This document shows, in pieces, positions 36,773 to 47,582 of a stretch of DNA of 64,000 nt (the first letter of the stretch is position 1; each line of letters begins with the position of its first letter). The notes below the pieces were generated by a model. The model saw only the letters and a list, made by a program, of their open reading frames with translations, was not told the origin of the DNA and did not search any database. Both the position numbers and the translations under genes were made by a program. The stretch is from an uncultured virus (IMG/VR IMGVR_UViG_3300005098_000230) (Duplodnaviria > Heunggongvirae > Uroviricota > Caudoviricetes). The stretch is taken from the IMG/VR virus record IMGVR_UViG_3300005098_000230, one strand, 5' to 3'.

Positions 36773-37048
36773 ATGGGACTGGATATTTGGTTCCGCGAGG
36801 ATATTCTCCACGCGCTCAAGGCCGCTGAACAGGCATCGTCTACCACTGTGGCGGCGATGGAGCACGCCCTGAGCAGAGTCGGAGGGTCGGTGGTAGAGGA
36901 CGCCCGCTACCTGCGGGCGTATCGAGAGGGATACAAAGCTGCGCTGGTCACTGTGGCGATGGCGTTTGGCATTACGTCAAACAACACCTCAGTGAGCCAA
37001 ACCAGCGAGTTCACTGATGAAGAGAGATTCACCTTTCTTCTCAGCTAG
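36773..37048 (+). CDS. Hypothetical protein
   Basis: GGAGGAG RBS. Confidence 0.65.
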   Translation: MGLDIWFREDILHALKAAEQASSTTVAAMEHALSRVGGSVVEDARYLRAYREGYKAALVTVAMAFGITSNNTSVSQTSEFTDEERFTFLLS

Positions 37049-37057
37049 GAGGATGTT

Positions 37058-37765
37058 ATGGACTACGTGATAAGATTTACTGAACAGGCTCAAATCGAGG
37101 ACCCGCGTTTCACTGAGCGTGTTACAGAAGGTGATGTTCGCGCAGTGATTGATGTGCCCCTTCTCTGGATAACCCGCAACTGTCCGCAGCCACGGGAGCT
37201 GGTCCCGACAGCGGCGGTCTCTGGGATCGCACGCGAGCACATAGATTGTGCAATACAGACGGCACTCCAAATTCCAATGGAGAGTATTGTCCCCAAGAGG
37301 CACGTCCAGCGGGTTTTTGAGTTCGATGTTACGCTCATGCCATATGGGTATAGGAGTAGGAGACACTCATTCTTCGATGATCTCGACCTCGTTGACCTCG
37401 ACCCACCGATCCCTATAGTACTCTGCGCACCGCCCGCAATGCAGGCAGCCCTTCAGGCACTCGCTAATCTTGTGTCTGACTATTTGCATTTGCCAAACCT
37501 ACCATACAACCCTCAGAACACGGAGTGGGCCAACCGAGCAGGGCGATTGATCCCAGTGCTGGCCGAGGCGTCGGTGGGGCATCTCTCACGTGCGGAGTTG
37601 GCGTTTCTACTCCACCTGCTAGACAGCATGAGAAACAAGGCAATGCAGGGCCGGATTTGGCCTGAGCCTTCGCCTTTGCGCAGATATGCCCCCGTGATTG
37701 CTTGCGGCCTTTTGCTTCTCGCCTTTGGACTCGCTCTTATCTGGGGAGCGATGGTTCTTCCGTGA
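37058..37765 (+). CDS. Hypothetical protein with C-terminal TM
   Basis: AGGAGG RBS; hydrophobic C-terminus. Confidence 0.65.
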   Translation: MDYVIRFTEQAQIEDPRFTERVTEGDVRAVIDVPLLWITRNCPQPRELVPTAAVSGIAREHIDCAIQTALQIPMESIVPKRHVQRVFEFDVTLMPYGYRSRRHSFFDDLDLVDLDPPIPIVLCAPPAMQAALQALANLVSDYLHLPNLPYNPQNTEWANRAGRLIPVLAEASVGHLSRAELAFLLHLLDSMRNKAMQGRIWPEPSPLRRYAPVIACGLLLLAFGLALIWGAMVLP

Positions 37766-37912
37766 CGATGATAGACGACAAACCTTAAAATTTTCCCGCA
37801 CCCCTTGACAGGTGCGGTTTTTTATGATAAGATTGTATTGCAGATGCAATACAGCTTCTCTCTTTTTGCCAATAAAAGAGACAAAACACCACAGGAAGGA
37901 GGAAAACGGCAC

Positions 37913-38845
37913 ATGGAGGCAACAGTAGTTAGGGTGCCCATCGCGGAACTGGTCTTCGACAACATCCGAGAAGACTACGGTGATCTCGAAGCGCTGGGCG
38001 ACTCTTACGGCCCAGTAGGACCGGAGGAATTGCCCACCGTGTACCCCAACGGCGACGGGCATTACCATGTTCTACACGGAAACCGGCGCATTCGGGCAGC
38101 TCTGGCACGGGGCGCGACCGAAATCGAGGTTGTGGTACGACCGCGACCTGAGAACCTGCGCTTGGCCCAACTTCTGGCCAACACTCACCATAAGGATTTA
38201 ACCCCCATTGAGGAAGCACGGGCACTGCGGGAGGTTGTAGATGGGGGAGTATCTCAGAAGGAACTTGCCCAGCGGTTGAGCAAAAGTCCATCGTACATCT
38301 CCCAGGCTTTGGCCCGCCTTAAATGGCATCCCGTCCTACAAGACCTCGTACATCGTGGTACCCTCTCCGCCTCGGCCGGCGAGGAGCTCGGGCGGCTCTC
38401 GCTTGACCAGCAAGCACTGTACGCCCCCAAGTGCGAAGGAAAGAGCGTACAGTACATTGCCCGCCTGGTCAATACCCTCTTGACAGCCGATGGGATAGCT
38501 CGGTTGCGGGAAGGGCGCGAGGCGGAAGGGGCGAGGGTGGTAGAGCAGGCGGTGGAGGAAATCGTCCAGGGGACTACACCAGCTTACGGGTATGATCCCG
38601 ACACCATCAGAAACATTGTGTCTCAGGGCAATGACCCCGCTGTACTCTACGATGCGCGACGGCTGGTAGCGCGGCTCTCTGAGTCCCTGCTGATCGCTCA
38701 GCGATTGGCACGGGCGGAGGTATACGGCGAGGCGCTACGCCTCGCTTGTGAAGCGGAAATTGACGAGGCGTGTTGCCTTGCCACCAGAATCATGCGGTTA
38801 CTGAATGGCGAGAAGGAGGAAGGAAATGGTACACCTGCACATTGA
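37913..38845 (+). CDS. Second ParB-like protein
   Basis: HVLHGNRRIRA, LANTHHKDLTPIEEARA, HTH SQKELAQRLSKSPSYIS; upstream TTGACA promoter at 37805. Confidence 0.85.
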   Translation: MEATVVRVPIAELVFDNIREDYGDLEALGDSYGPVGPEELPTVYPNGDGHYHVLHGNRRIRAALARGATEIEVVVRPRPENLRLAQLLANTHHKDLTPIEEARALREVVDGGVSQKELAQRLSKSPSYISQALARLKWHPVLQDLVHRGTLSASAGEELGRLSLDQQALYAPKCEGKSVQYIARLVNTLLTADGIARLREGREAEGARVVEQAVEEIVQGTTPAYGYDPDTIRNIVSQGNDPAVLYDARRLVARLSESLLIAQRLARAEVYGEALRLACEAEIDEACCLATRIMRLLNGEKEEGNGTPAH

Positions 38846-39830
38846 GCGCCGGCGCGGTTGCGGATGGCGCAAAAAGGGCGGGCTGTACGCAGTCGGCCCC
38901 GGCATGTCGGTTGGTGGAGATATTCCGGTTCGCTGCGAGTTCGCCGCATTGGACGAGTACATAGCTGTGCCGGAGGGGTTCGGGAACCGGCGCGGTTACG
39001 TCTACATCAATGGTGACGCGCTGGAAGCGAGAGTAGACCCCTCTTACTGGATCATCTCCGCCAAACTCGCTGAGGCGTGGCGGTGGATTTGGCTCACCTG
39101 GGGATGCACTTACGGGGAGCGCTCGGAACTCGGCCCCCGGGCCGATACGTTCGAGGAGCGTACCAAGCTCCTCAGCGATACCCTGCACCTGATCGGCACG
39201 GCTGACGTTCACGGCCTGTCCATAGCTGTGCGGAACAAGGTGGAATTGATGCGGAAGAGGCGAGAGTGCGCGATGGTGCCCGCTGTGCTTTGCTCGCACC
39301 AGCTTGTGAAGGCGGCTGAGCACTTGGATGGGAACCTGCTGCACCCACTGTCCACGGCCTGGCGCACGGCCTCAGCGGTAGCCTGGGGAATGGGGCAGTC
39401 CTGTCCCAAAACCAACGAACTGTTGGGGAAGATCATGGTGCAATTGTGCGCCGTTTCTGATGCGGCGTACCTGCGAGAGCGGATCCGCCCTCCTCGGCAG
39501 GTCGCCGACATACTCATGTGGATCGGGGCGCAGTATTACCCCACGCCCAACAGCTTCATCTGCGAAGCGCGGGCTATGGGAGCGAGCAAGCGGTTGCCCT
39601 CACTTCCACGAGGAGCAGTGCCTGGGGTAACGCGAATCTGGCTCGTTCACCCCAAAGCGATAGACGGCACAGAGCCCGGCGTGATCGGGTACTACTACTT
39701 GGCACAGCTCCAACAGGTGGTGGCAAACGTGGATGACGCCATCCTGCCCGAGCTGGAAGCTATGGGAGTGAAGGCTGTCGCAGTACAGAGAGAGGAGGAA
39801 GGCGATGAACCAACCAATAATGACCTATGA
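38826..39830 (+). CDS. Hypothetical protein
   Basis: RRGCGWRKKGGLY N-terminus; coupled ORF. Confidence 0.7.
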   Translation: MVHLHIERRRGCGWRKKGGLYAVGPGMSVGGDIPVRCEFAALDEYIAVPEGFGNRRGYVYINGDALEARVDPSYWIISAKLAEAWRWIWLTWGCTYGERSELGPRADTFEERTKLLSDTLHLIGTADVHGLSIAVRNKVELMRKRRECAMVPAVLCSHQLVKAAEHLDGNLLHPLSTAWRTASAVAWGMGQSCPKTNELLGKIMVQLCAVSDAAYLRERIRPPRQVADILMWIGAQYYPTPNSFICEARAMGASKRLPSLPRGAVPGVTRIWLVHPKAIDGTEPGVIGYYYLAQLQQVVANVDDAILPELEAMGVKAVAVQREEEGDEPTNNDL

Positions 39831-40548
39831 GGAACAGCTTGAGGCCCTGGCTACGCTGATCGAGGACATACACGTTCGGAGGTCTCCGCGTGTAAAAGGG
39901 CCATACGCCTCCAGCGACTACGTGACTTGGAAGCTCAATCAGATATTCACACCAGCGTGCTGGTCTTTCACTATCCTTTCTGGGCCCGAGCTGGTGCGGC
40001 TGAATGACACCGCCGCGTATGTCCAGGTCACAGGGCGCTTGACCGTCACCTTTGCTAACAGTGCCACTGTCACCCGCGATGAGACGGGAGCTTGGCCGTT
40101 GGTGGCCACCAAAAACGGCGGCACTCTCGACAACACCGCCCCTGAGCGGTACGAGACCGCGCTCAAGGCCGCCGTCTCAGATACGCTTAAGGCGTGTGCG
40201 GAGCGGTTGGGGGTATGCTTCCGACCCCTGATTGACCAGGAGTTTCACGAATACCTGCGCCGCGAGCAGTATCGTCGTTCCTGCCCCCCATCACCTCCCC
40301 AATCGGCACAGTCGGCAATCGCCGACCTGTACGGGGACGATGAACAACTAGGGGGTGGTGACAAAGCGAAGGAGAAAGCGAGAGCCAATGCTGAGGCCCG
40401 AGACCAGTTCTATGTCCTTTCCAGTCAGGCAATCCGCGATGGGCATGTAGAATCACCTGCGGTGAACGAGCTGATCAAAAACGCCAACAGTCATGGTGAC
40501 TGGACTATTGCCCTACAAGCCCTCCATGACCTTATCAATGGCAATTAG
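39805..40548 (+). CDS. Rad52/Sak-like single-strand annealing protein
   Basis: V..KLNQIF...WSF..KAAVSDTLKACAERLGV. Confidence 0.8.
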   Translation: MNQPIMTYEEQLEALATLIEDIHVRRSPRVKGPYASSDYVTWKLNQIFTPACWSFTILSGPELVRLNDTAAYVQVTGRLTVTFANSATVTRDETGAWPLVATKNGGTLDNTAPERYETALKAAVSDTLKACAERLGVCFRPLIDQEFHEYLRREQYRRSCPPSPPQSAQSAIADLYGDDEQLGGGDKAKEKARANAEARDQFYVLSSQAIRDGHVESPAVNELIKNANSHGDWTIALQALHDLINGN

Positions 40549-40572
40549 CTAAGTTGCCGCATCCCCTCCACT

Positions 40573-40609
40573 AAAAGCCCCCGATGGGAGACCATCGGGG
40601 GCTTTTTTT
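40573..40609. terminator. Bidirectional terminator between convergent arms
   Basis: AAAAGCCCCCGATGG..CCATCGGGGGCTTTTTTT. Confidence 0.9.
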
Positions 40610-40629
40610 GTTTCTGGCGGGCGAGGACC

Positions 40630-41001
40630 CTATTTCAGTTGCTGGATGGCGGGCAGTGCATGAACTTCCTGCTCCACGGCCAAGTACTTCTGCCACCACT
40701 CCCACGCTTTGGTCTGGGCAGTTTCCAATGGAAGGACAAGTTTGAGAAATGCACCCCATCCGCCCTCAGGAATGTAGTACTTGTAGGCCACAGCAACCAC
40801 GAGGTAGACCTGCTCTCGAGTGACCTTCGCCCGCGCCTCCTCAGAGAGGCCAACGAAGAAGCGCAGGATCGCTCCCAGGAGTTGGTCTGTTGCCTTTTCT
40901 CGCCACGCGAACACGAAGGCCAAGACAAGGCCAATGATAGTGACGGTGGCGAACGTGATGGTAGGCCAGTAGGCTTGGAACAACTCGATCCACTTTTCCA
41001 T
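40630..41001 (-). CDS. Membrane protein, possible holin
   Basis: N-terminal TM; last gene of the virion arm. Confidence 0.5.
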   Translation of the reverse strand: MEKWIELFQAYWPTITFATVTIIGLVLAFVFAWREKATDQLLGAILRFFVGLSEEARAKVTREQVYLVVAVAYKYYIPEGGWGAFLKLVLPLETAQTKAWEWWQKYLAVEQEVHALPAIQQLK

Positions 41002-41044
41002 GATTGAACCTCCTTTTGATAGTATGGTTTGGGAAAATCCTCAG

Positions 41045-42406
41045 TTACCATTCCCACTCAGGCCAAGCGACCTGAATTTCTTGCAATCTGTCTCGCGCTG
41101 TGAACAGTCGCCCGCTCCACATGGCCCGACCGTCTTCTATTACGATTGGATGAATTGAGTACATGGTGCCATCTACCTCATAATCTACAATGGCGCACCC
41201 ATTTTGCCATTGCTGGCGACTGGTTTTGGCTGGAACTCGCCCATCTGTATGACACACACACCCAGGGCAGAAACCCGCAATGACACTCCGCTTGTTGCGT
41301 TCGTGCTTTGTACGACTGACCCACTCAATTCGGTGAGCGTGTCCGAATATCTCTGTTACGTCTGCTTCACTGACTACTGCCTTTGCCGTGCTCCCTGGAA
41401 CTCGCACCTTGTCACCATGCGCTAACCGGACCCTATCATTCAGCCAGTCTTCGTCGTTGGGGTAGTCATCCACCCAGCGAATTCCCAACTGGTGTAGCGC
41501 GAGCAACTTTGGCACACTGAGCGCGGGGGGCAGGTCTAGCTCATCAGCAGCTCGCAAGTCATAAGCTGCTCGCAGGTGTTTCACTACGGCATCATCCAGC
41601 CGGCGGTCATGGTTGCCCTCGTGCAGCGTAATAACTGCATTCGGGGCCACCAACCGCAACTGGGCCAACCACCAATGTGCTTCCAAGAGAGCAGGTTGTG
41701 TGTTCCAGTAGAACTCTGGTGACTGCAAATACTTGTCTGTCCATTCAGGCAGGTCAAGAAAGTCTCCCAGGCAATCGATACGGTCGGGCTTCACTACCCG
41801 TGCGATTTGTAAGATCACATCGAGGACTCGACGGTCGTGGAATTCGGTCAAGCGACCAGTGCGCAGGTCGCGGGTAAAGCCAAACTGCGGGTCTGCCCAG
41901 ATCAACGCGCGGCAGATACCCTCTTGCACTGGCTTAGGAAAGTCGCAAACCGTGATGTTACTCGTCACGGGTTGTAGGGCGGGAAAGACTGGCTCTGGCT
42001 CAACCCGAACCAACCACGCCTTGACTTGGAAAAGTTCGATGCGGACACCGCCACTGGGGGTTTTTGTTCCCACCTCCCACTTGTTCACTATATAACGGCT
42101 TACTCGCCATACACTTAGGTCTACATTGCACGCCTCCAGTAGTTGCTCCAGGGTCGTGATCCTGAACGACCTGCTCTCCAGCGTGGCGGTATTGTGGTGC
42201 TCATCGCGTAAGATTTGCTCCTTGCCATTTATAGGCTCTATCTTACTCTTTTCCTTTGCCCTCAATTTGCGCAGTTGGCGGGACAAGCTGCTGGACTTGA
42301 GACCGTAACGAGCGGCTATTGCGTCAACGTCCTCGCCCGCCGCTGCCGCCGCCAATATGTTAGAGCGATCTTCGTCTGTCAGTTGAGACCACGTTGTAGT
42401 GCTCAT
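41045..42406 (-). CDS. Calcineurin-like metallophosphoesterase with N-terminal HTH
   Basis: ADPQFG, GDFLD, GNHD, HGD, GHAHR. Confidence 0.85.
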   Translation of the reverse strand: MSTTTWSQLTDEDRSNILAAAAAGEDVDAIAARYGLKSSSLSRQLRKLRAKEKSKIEPINGKEQILRDEHHNTATLESRSFRITTLEQLLEACNVDLSVWRVSRYIVNKWEVGTKTPSGGVRIELFQVKAWLVRVEPEPVFPALQPVTSNITVCDFPKPVQEGICRALIWADPQFGFTRDLRTGRLTEFHDRRVLDVILQIARVVKPDRIDCLGDFLDLPEWTDKYLQSPEFYWNTQPALLEAHWWLAQLRLVAPNAVITLHEGNHDRRLDDAVVKHLRAAYDLRAADELDLPPALSVPKLLALHQLGIRWVDDYPNDEDWLNDRVRLAHGDKVRVPGSTAKAVVSEADVTEIFGHAHRIEWVSRTKHERNKRSVIAGFCPGCVCHTDGRVPAKTSRQQWQNGCAIVDYEVDGTMYSIHPIVIEDGRAMWSGRLFTARDRLQEIQVAWPEWEW

Positions 42407-42672
42407 TTCGTTGCGAGGACGCGCACAGTTCCATCGTCAAACTTGACAACGTACTGGGTTACTCCTCCGGCATTACGGGCGTAAGCTCGCACCTTGCCCG
42501 AGGCGGGCGCGTCCGGTTCAGTACTCACCTCCTCGAACTGTATCCACGCCTCAGTGGAAAGCTGCCCCTCCATGTGCCCCCCCGCCTGGCTGAGCAGGCA
42601 TTCCATGCGTTTCCTTAGACGCTGGAGCTCAGCCCATATCCGCTCGATCTCCTTAGTTGTTGCTGCATCCAT
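42403..42672 (-). CDS. Small tail-associated hypothetical protein
   Basis: Follows the large tail protein; ATGA coupling to the next gene. Confidence 0.55.
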   Translation of the reverse strand: MDAATTKEIERIWAELQRLRKRMECLLSQAGGHMEGQLSTEAWIQFEEVSTEPDAPASGKVRAYARNAGGVTQYVVKFDDGTVRVLATK

Positions 42673-42710
42673 CTTTTTCCTCTCACGGAAATTCCCACGT
42701 GGAAACTCAG

Positions 42711-45700
42711 TTATTCCTCCCTCATGGCCGCCAAGCGAGCCATATACCGTTCAAAAGTACCTCGGTCGCCTGCGGGGATCAGACGAGCCTCCTGGCGGTC
42801 GGCGTCTATCTCCGCGCCCACGAGCATAAAAGTCGTGTGGCTGTCACGGAAGTCATTGGTCGAGAGGGTAGCCTCTCGTGCTCTGAACTCCCGTACCCGC
42901 GTTAGGCCACCCGCCTTGATCTCATCCACGGGCAGGCGTTTGAGATTGGCGTCGTAGATGTGTCCACGGGCCTTGAATGAGGAGGAAACGACAGGCTTCC
43001 CCTTCTCGGCGAGAGCGAGGGCGACGGCATAGAGGGCCTGCGTCTCATCAGTAGCCCCATCCACGCGAAGAGCGGTGCGACGATAGTACCCACCTAGCTC
43101 GTCTATCGCCTCCTGATTATAGGCATCAGCAGTGCGCTGTTCTTGTCCCTCTGTATCTGTATACACGGCGTACATCCGCTGGTGGCTTTGGGTCCAATCA
43201 CCTGTGACCTGCCCCTGAATAGGGGCGGAGCGGCGCACAACGTAACGGATGGTAGTCAGGTCTTGAGTCTCCAGGAAAGCACGGCGTAGGTCGTTCATCT
43301 CCACGCCCCAGGCTAGAGGGCGGCCCTGATTGTCCCCAAACTGGCAGAGCCACCTCATAATCTCTGCCGGCGTTTGGTCACTCTCGAAAACGGCGGGAGA
43401 GAGGGCACGGTTGGGTGGTTTCAGCTTCGAGGTATCTGAGGATAAACCGTGTACAGATGAAGCAAGCACGGCTACAAGGTCGGCGGCGACAACGGAGCCG
43501 TCTACCACCTCATCCTCTGCGCCCAAGACCTCCACATCGGTCAGCTCGCCGTAGACGGTATCCCCTGTTGCTGTGTTCTCACCATTAGCGGTGCAGTAGA
43601 AACGTATCTCTACATATGAAGGATCGCCCGTGGTCAGTTTGTCCAGGGTGCCCGATCCCGTTGCTGTCTCAGAGAGAAGGACCTCGCCAGTACTGGTGAG
43701 CACCTCTAGCTTACCCGGCCAGGAGTAGGGGAGCTCTAGCTTCCACGATGCACGGAACCGCTTGACTGCCTCACCAGTGGGCATAGTGTAGCGGACGTGG
43801 GTGTAATCGTTCGCGGTGTAATCCATGCCTCGGCGAGGCTTGAGGCGGATACGGTCTTGCAGATCGTAGTCGAAGGCGTCAGGGCGGAATGACCCACTAG
43901 GCTCCTCGCTTCCCTCCCAGCGGTTTAGACGTGTGTCGGAGTACACAGCGTTGTACACATCATCCTCAAAGAGAACGTTCCAGCCCAGAGCCGTAATCTC
44001 GATTTTGTCTCGGTCGGCCTGGTTCTCTGTGATTTTGCGGATTTGCCCATCAAAGAGGATGGTCGAGAGATACTTGCGCAGGATCACGCGGTAGCCGAAG
44101 TTGATGTCGGGGTAGTCATGGCCGAGCTTGCGATCAAGAGAGAACATGAGATAGCCGAAACCTGACCCCTCTGCTCCATAGTGATTTGACCAGCGCAGAT
44201 TCTGAACTTTGGTCATGCGATAAAGCCGCCCGTTGTGGTCGTAAATCTCCAATACGGGACGCACACGGCGACGCGGGCGACGCACCAATGCAGGCGGGAG
44301 TGTGGTCGTGCTTGTAGATGTACTGGTCGAAGTGGTCGAGGTGCTCGTCGAAGTAGACGTTGACGTTGAGGTGCTTGTCGAGGTCGAGGTAAGGGTTGTC
44401 GAAGTTGAGGTTGACGTGGACGTGCTCGTGGTCGAGGTTGACGTGGACGTGCTCGTGGTCGAGGTGCTGGTGCTCGTGGTGGTCGAAGTCGAGGTCGAGG
44501 TAGATGTGGATGTGGTGGTAGCCTCTGAGCAGGCGACGAAAATTCCCACGTGGAAACTGACGCCGGCAGCGTAGGTCGTGCCTGCCGGAGAGGGCAAACC
44601 GGTATCATAGTCAACCGTGTTATAGCGGGCTTGATCCCCCGCGTATGGGCTGGATGTATCCGCCGTAAGCGCGTTGGAGCCATCTCCCAGGGAAAACTGA
44701 ACGGCGATCCAGTAGTCCGTGTTGGCGGTGATGGCGTGAGATGGGACGGGCAGGGCAATGGTGCAATACCCCGCTGCAGAGATAGCCCCCTCCGCCTGCG
44801 CCAGCAAGTTGCCCGGCACCCCATTGTTGTCCGAGTAGAGGCCAACCCGCACTGCCTCCTCAATGCCATAGGTGGCAAAGTGCAAACGAAGATATATCGC
44901 CCACCCATTCGCAGTGCACCGGATCGGCTGGTACCATGTCACCTCAGCACTAGGACTGGCCGAATCTGTGAAGTTGACCAGGTCATCATTGTAGACCCAA
45001 TTATCACAAGCTAGAGTCGTCGTCGTTGACGTGGAGGTGCTGGTGGTAGTGATTGTCGTTGATGTGCTCGTCGATGTTGAAGTCGAGGTGGTACTCGTCG
45101 ACGTAGAAGTTGTCGACGTAGAGGTCGAAGTTGTAGAAGTCGACGTGCTCGTAGAAGTCGTTGTTGATGTAGAGGTAGAAGTAGAAGTCGTCGTCGAAGT
45201 AGACGTAGACGTGGAAGTTGTCGACGTACTCGTCGAGGTCGAAGTCGATGTTGATGTCGAGGTTGTCGTTGACGTGCTGGTAGAAGTCGAAGTTGATGTA
45301 GTAGATGTAGAGGTAGAAGTTGAGGTCGAGGTTGAGGTACTGGTAGAAGTTGAAGTTGTTGTAGAAGTAGACGTAGATGTGGAGGTCGTTGATGTGCTCG
45401 TCGACGTTGAAGTTGAGGTAGTGGTAGATGTCGAGGTCGAAGTAGTCGTAGACGTTGAAGTTGAGGTGGTGGTGAAATCCACGTACAAGACGGCCTTGTA
45501 CGAGCCATCACCATATTCGATTGCTCGTATCGAGCGTGTATAGCCGCTGCCACGTCCCTCCAGCGTGATGCCAATAGCATTCCCGCTGTTCCAGCCCTCC
45601 CTATCGATTATCTCCTGAACAATGTCTTTAATATCGACCGTATCATACCATTGGCCGGCGGCACCAAAAGCCGGTATGCTCCACGACTCAGTAGCCGTCG

Positions 45701-47564
45701 TTCGTGGTCGGTTTGCGTAATCAGCATGTGTAGTCCAGGTTGCAGTATCGTCCTCGTCAATCCCGTAAATATCCACCGTGCAAGAGCCACTATAAGCTCC
45801 ATATGACCACACACGGATGATGGCTTTGGTGATACCAGCCTGGGGCGGAATATCTACGTTGTCAAAGCGAAGGGCAATGTCGTAATAGATAATTTCAACA
45901 AGGCTAAAGCCACAGGTCAAAGACTGAGACGTTGTATTAAGGCTGGCCTGATCGCCATAGGCATCATCGCTGCCGGTGACGACGGGATACGCATGTGGCA
46001 ACGTCGTTGTGCTGGTCGAAGTCGAGGTACTCGTAGTCGAGGTCGAAGTTGATGTCGAGGTCGAGGTACTGGTAGAGGTAGAAGTCGTCGAAGTCGAGGT
46101 GCTGGTAGAAGTTGAAGTCGATGTAGTAGATGTCGAGGTGGAGGTTGAAGTCGTCGTCGATGTCGAGGTGGTGGTAGGATCAGTAGTATCATCGAATATA
46201 CGGCAGTGATCAAAGTACATACTGCCTGAGCTTGGCGGGCTGGTGATGGCGCAGACCCCAAAACGAGCCTCGTCAGGCGAGTAATTGGTATTGGTAATGA
46301 GACCTCCGCCCGTGAAACCAGAACCACCCTCAGAATCGTACTCTACACCTACTTGAACATCGGTTCCTATTGGCAACCTTAGCTCAAAATAATATGGGTC
46401 ATAGTTGTTGAGCGGAAATCCAGAGCCAGAATTGTTCCAGTTGCCATCATTGTCTCTGTACCAGACCCTAAGACCAAATTGTGTTGAGTCATAGTCGTAT
46501 ATCTCAACAGCGGCAATTTCAACGCCGCCATCAAAAACACGGATGGGATAGAATGACATCCCAGAGCCAACGAAATTGGAGTCTGTGAAATCTATCCAGC
46601 AGGTAAAGGCAAATGTGGTGGAAGAGGACGAGAAGTTTTTGTACCCATAGCCATCCACCGAGGAAGAACTTAATTGATAGCGTGCCCCATAAAAACCGTG
46701 GATGGCTGCATCAGCGCTTGCATCAGCCGTTACACCATTTGTCGTGACGCCATCATAGTCAGAGAGATCACCCTCTTCGTGGTCTGCAAGCCAATAAAGA
46801 GTTGTGGTCGAGGTAGAAGTAGAAGTACTGGTCGAGGTCGTGGTGGATGTGGTAGTCGAGGTCGAAGTCGAGGTGCTCGTGGAGGTGGATGTAGTAGTAG
46901 TTGGCGGGTCTTGGATACCGTTGTTGTAAATATCTGATACTTCGGATGCTGTAAGGGCACGGCTAAAGACAAATGCCTCGTCTAGTAACCCGTCCCAGTA
47001 GTAAGCGGCATTGTATCGCGTGCCGATAATGAAATCGGCTGTGTTGTTATAAATCGTCCCGCTAAACGAATCGCTATCAACCTGAGAACCGTTCTTGTAA
47101 GTGATAATATTTGAACCATCGTATACAATGACTACATGTACCCAAGTGCCAGCGCCAAAAACCCCGCTCGTATTTGTATTGGATAATGCGGATCCATCTG
47201 TGCTGTAATAGAAGCGCATAGCACCCGTGCCCAGCACGAAGACATACCAGCCATAGTTCCCAGCACCCCCCGACTTACCGACTGGAATCTCGTAGTTAAC
47301 CAGTGTCTCCGGCTTCGCCCAAAATCCTACAGACCACGCGCTGCCATCTAGGTCTAATCCTGTTTGGCTGGTATCGGCGATACTGGCATATTCCGAATTG
47401 TCCCGCTCCAGATCGAGGCTGTAGCTGCCCTGCTTATAGTCCGTATTGGAATACCCGACTGTATTGTTATCAGTCAGGTCGTTCCCATTTGCGGATGTAT
47501 CCAGCAGGTTGTTCTCAAAGCGCCACAGACCCTCAAGATCGGGATCGTTAGTGTAGATAGCCAT
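42711..47564 (-). CDS. Large tail/receptor-binding protein: LamG-like and other beta domains joined by four Thr/Ser tracts
   Basis: N-term LWRFE..WVHVVIVYDG..GLLDEAFVFSRAL (LamG); TSTS tracts; C-terminal tail-hub-like region. Confidence 0.8.
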   Translation of the reverse strand: MAIYTNDPDLEGLWRFENNLLDTSANGNDLTDNNTVGYSNTDYKQGSYSLDLERDNSEYASIADTSQTGLDLDGSAWSVGFWAKPETLVNYEIPVGKSGGAGNYGWYVFVLGTGAMRFYYSTDGSALSNTNTSGVFGAGTWVHVVIVYDGSNIITYKNGSQVDSDSFSGTIYNNTADFIIGTRYNAAYYWDGLLDEAFVFSRALTASEVSDIYNNGIQDPPTTTTSTSTSTSTSTSTTTSTTTSTSTSTSTSTTTLYWLADHEEGDLSDYDGVTTNGVTADASADAAIHGFYGARYQLSSSSVDGYGYKNFSSSSTTFAFTCWIDFTDSNFVGSGMSFYPIRVFDGGVEIAAVEIYDYDSTQFGLRVWYRDNDGNWNNSGSGFPLNNYDPYYFELRLPIGTDVQVGVEYDSEGGSGFTGGGLITNTNYSPDEARFGVCAITSPPSSGSMYFDHCRIFDDTTDPTTTSTSTTTSTSTSTSTTSTSTSTSTSTSTTSTSTSTSTSTSTSTSTTSTSTSTSTTTLPHAYPVVTGSDDAYGDQASLNTTSQSLTCGFSLVEIIYYDIALRFDNVDIPPQAGITKAIIRVWSYGAYSGSCTVDIYGIDEDDTATWTTHADYANRPRTTATESWSIPAFGAAGQWYDTVDIKDIVQEIIDREGWNSGNAIGITLEGRGSGYTRSIRAIEYGDGSYKAVLYVDFTTTSTSTSTTTSTSTSTTTSTSTSTSTSTTSTSTSTSTTTSTSTSTSTSTSTSTSTSTTSTSTSTSTSTTTSTSTSTSTSTSTSTTSTSTSTSTTTSTSTSTSTTTSTSTSTSTTSTSTSTTSTSTSTTSTSTSTSTSTTITTTSTSTSTTTTLACDNWVYNDDLVNFTDSASPSAEVTWYQPIRCTANGWAIYLRLHFATYGIEEAVRVGLYSDNNGVPGNLLAQAEGAISAAGYCTIALPVPSHAITANTDYWIAVQFSLGDGSNALTADTSSPYAGDQARYNTVDYDTGLPSPAGTTYAAGVSFHVGIFVACSEATTTSTSTSTSTSTTTSTSTSTTSTSTSTSTTSTSTSTSTSTTLTSTSTSTSTSTSTSTSTSTTSTSTSTSTTTLPPALVRRPRRRVRPVLEIYDHNGRLYRMTKVQNLRWSNHYGAEGSGFGYLMFSLDRKLGHDYPDINFGYRVILRKYLSTILFDGQIRKITENQADRDKIEITALGWNVLFEDDVYNAVYSDTRLNRWEGSEEPSGSFRPDAFDYDLQDRIRLKPRRGMDYTANDYTHVRYTMPTGEAVKRFRASWKLELPYSWPGKLEVLTSTGEVLLSETATGSGTLDKLTTGDPSYVEIRFYCTANGENTATGDTVYGELTDVEVLGAEDEVVDGSVVAADLVAVLASSVHGLSSDTSKLKPPNRALSPAVFESDQTPAEIMRWLCQFGDNQGRPLAWGVEMNDLRRAFLETQDLTTIRYVVRRSAPIQGQVTGDWTQSHQRMYAVYTDTEGQEQRTADAYNQEAIDELGGYYRRTALRVDGATDETQALYAVALALAEKGKPVVSSSFKARGHIYDANLKRLPVDEIKAGGLTRVREFRAREATLSTNDFRDSHTTFMLVGAEIDADRQEARLIPAGDRGTFERYMARLAAMREE

Positions 47565-47582
47565 CTGTCATCCTTCGTTCAT

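Noticed and set aside
44302..46209. Plus-strand Val/Asp/Glu-rich ORFs
   Set aside because: Antisense shadows of the Thr/Ser tracts in the 1617-aa gene
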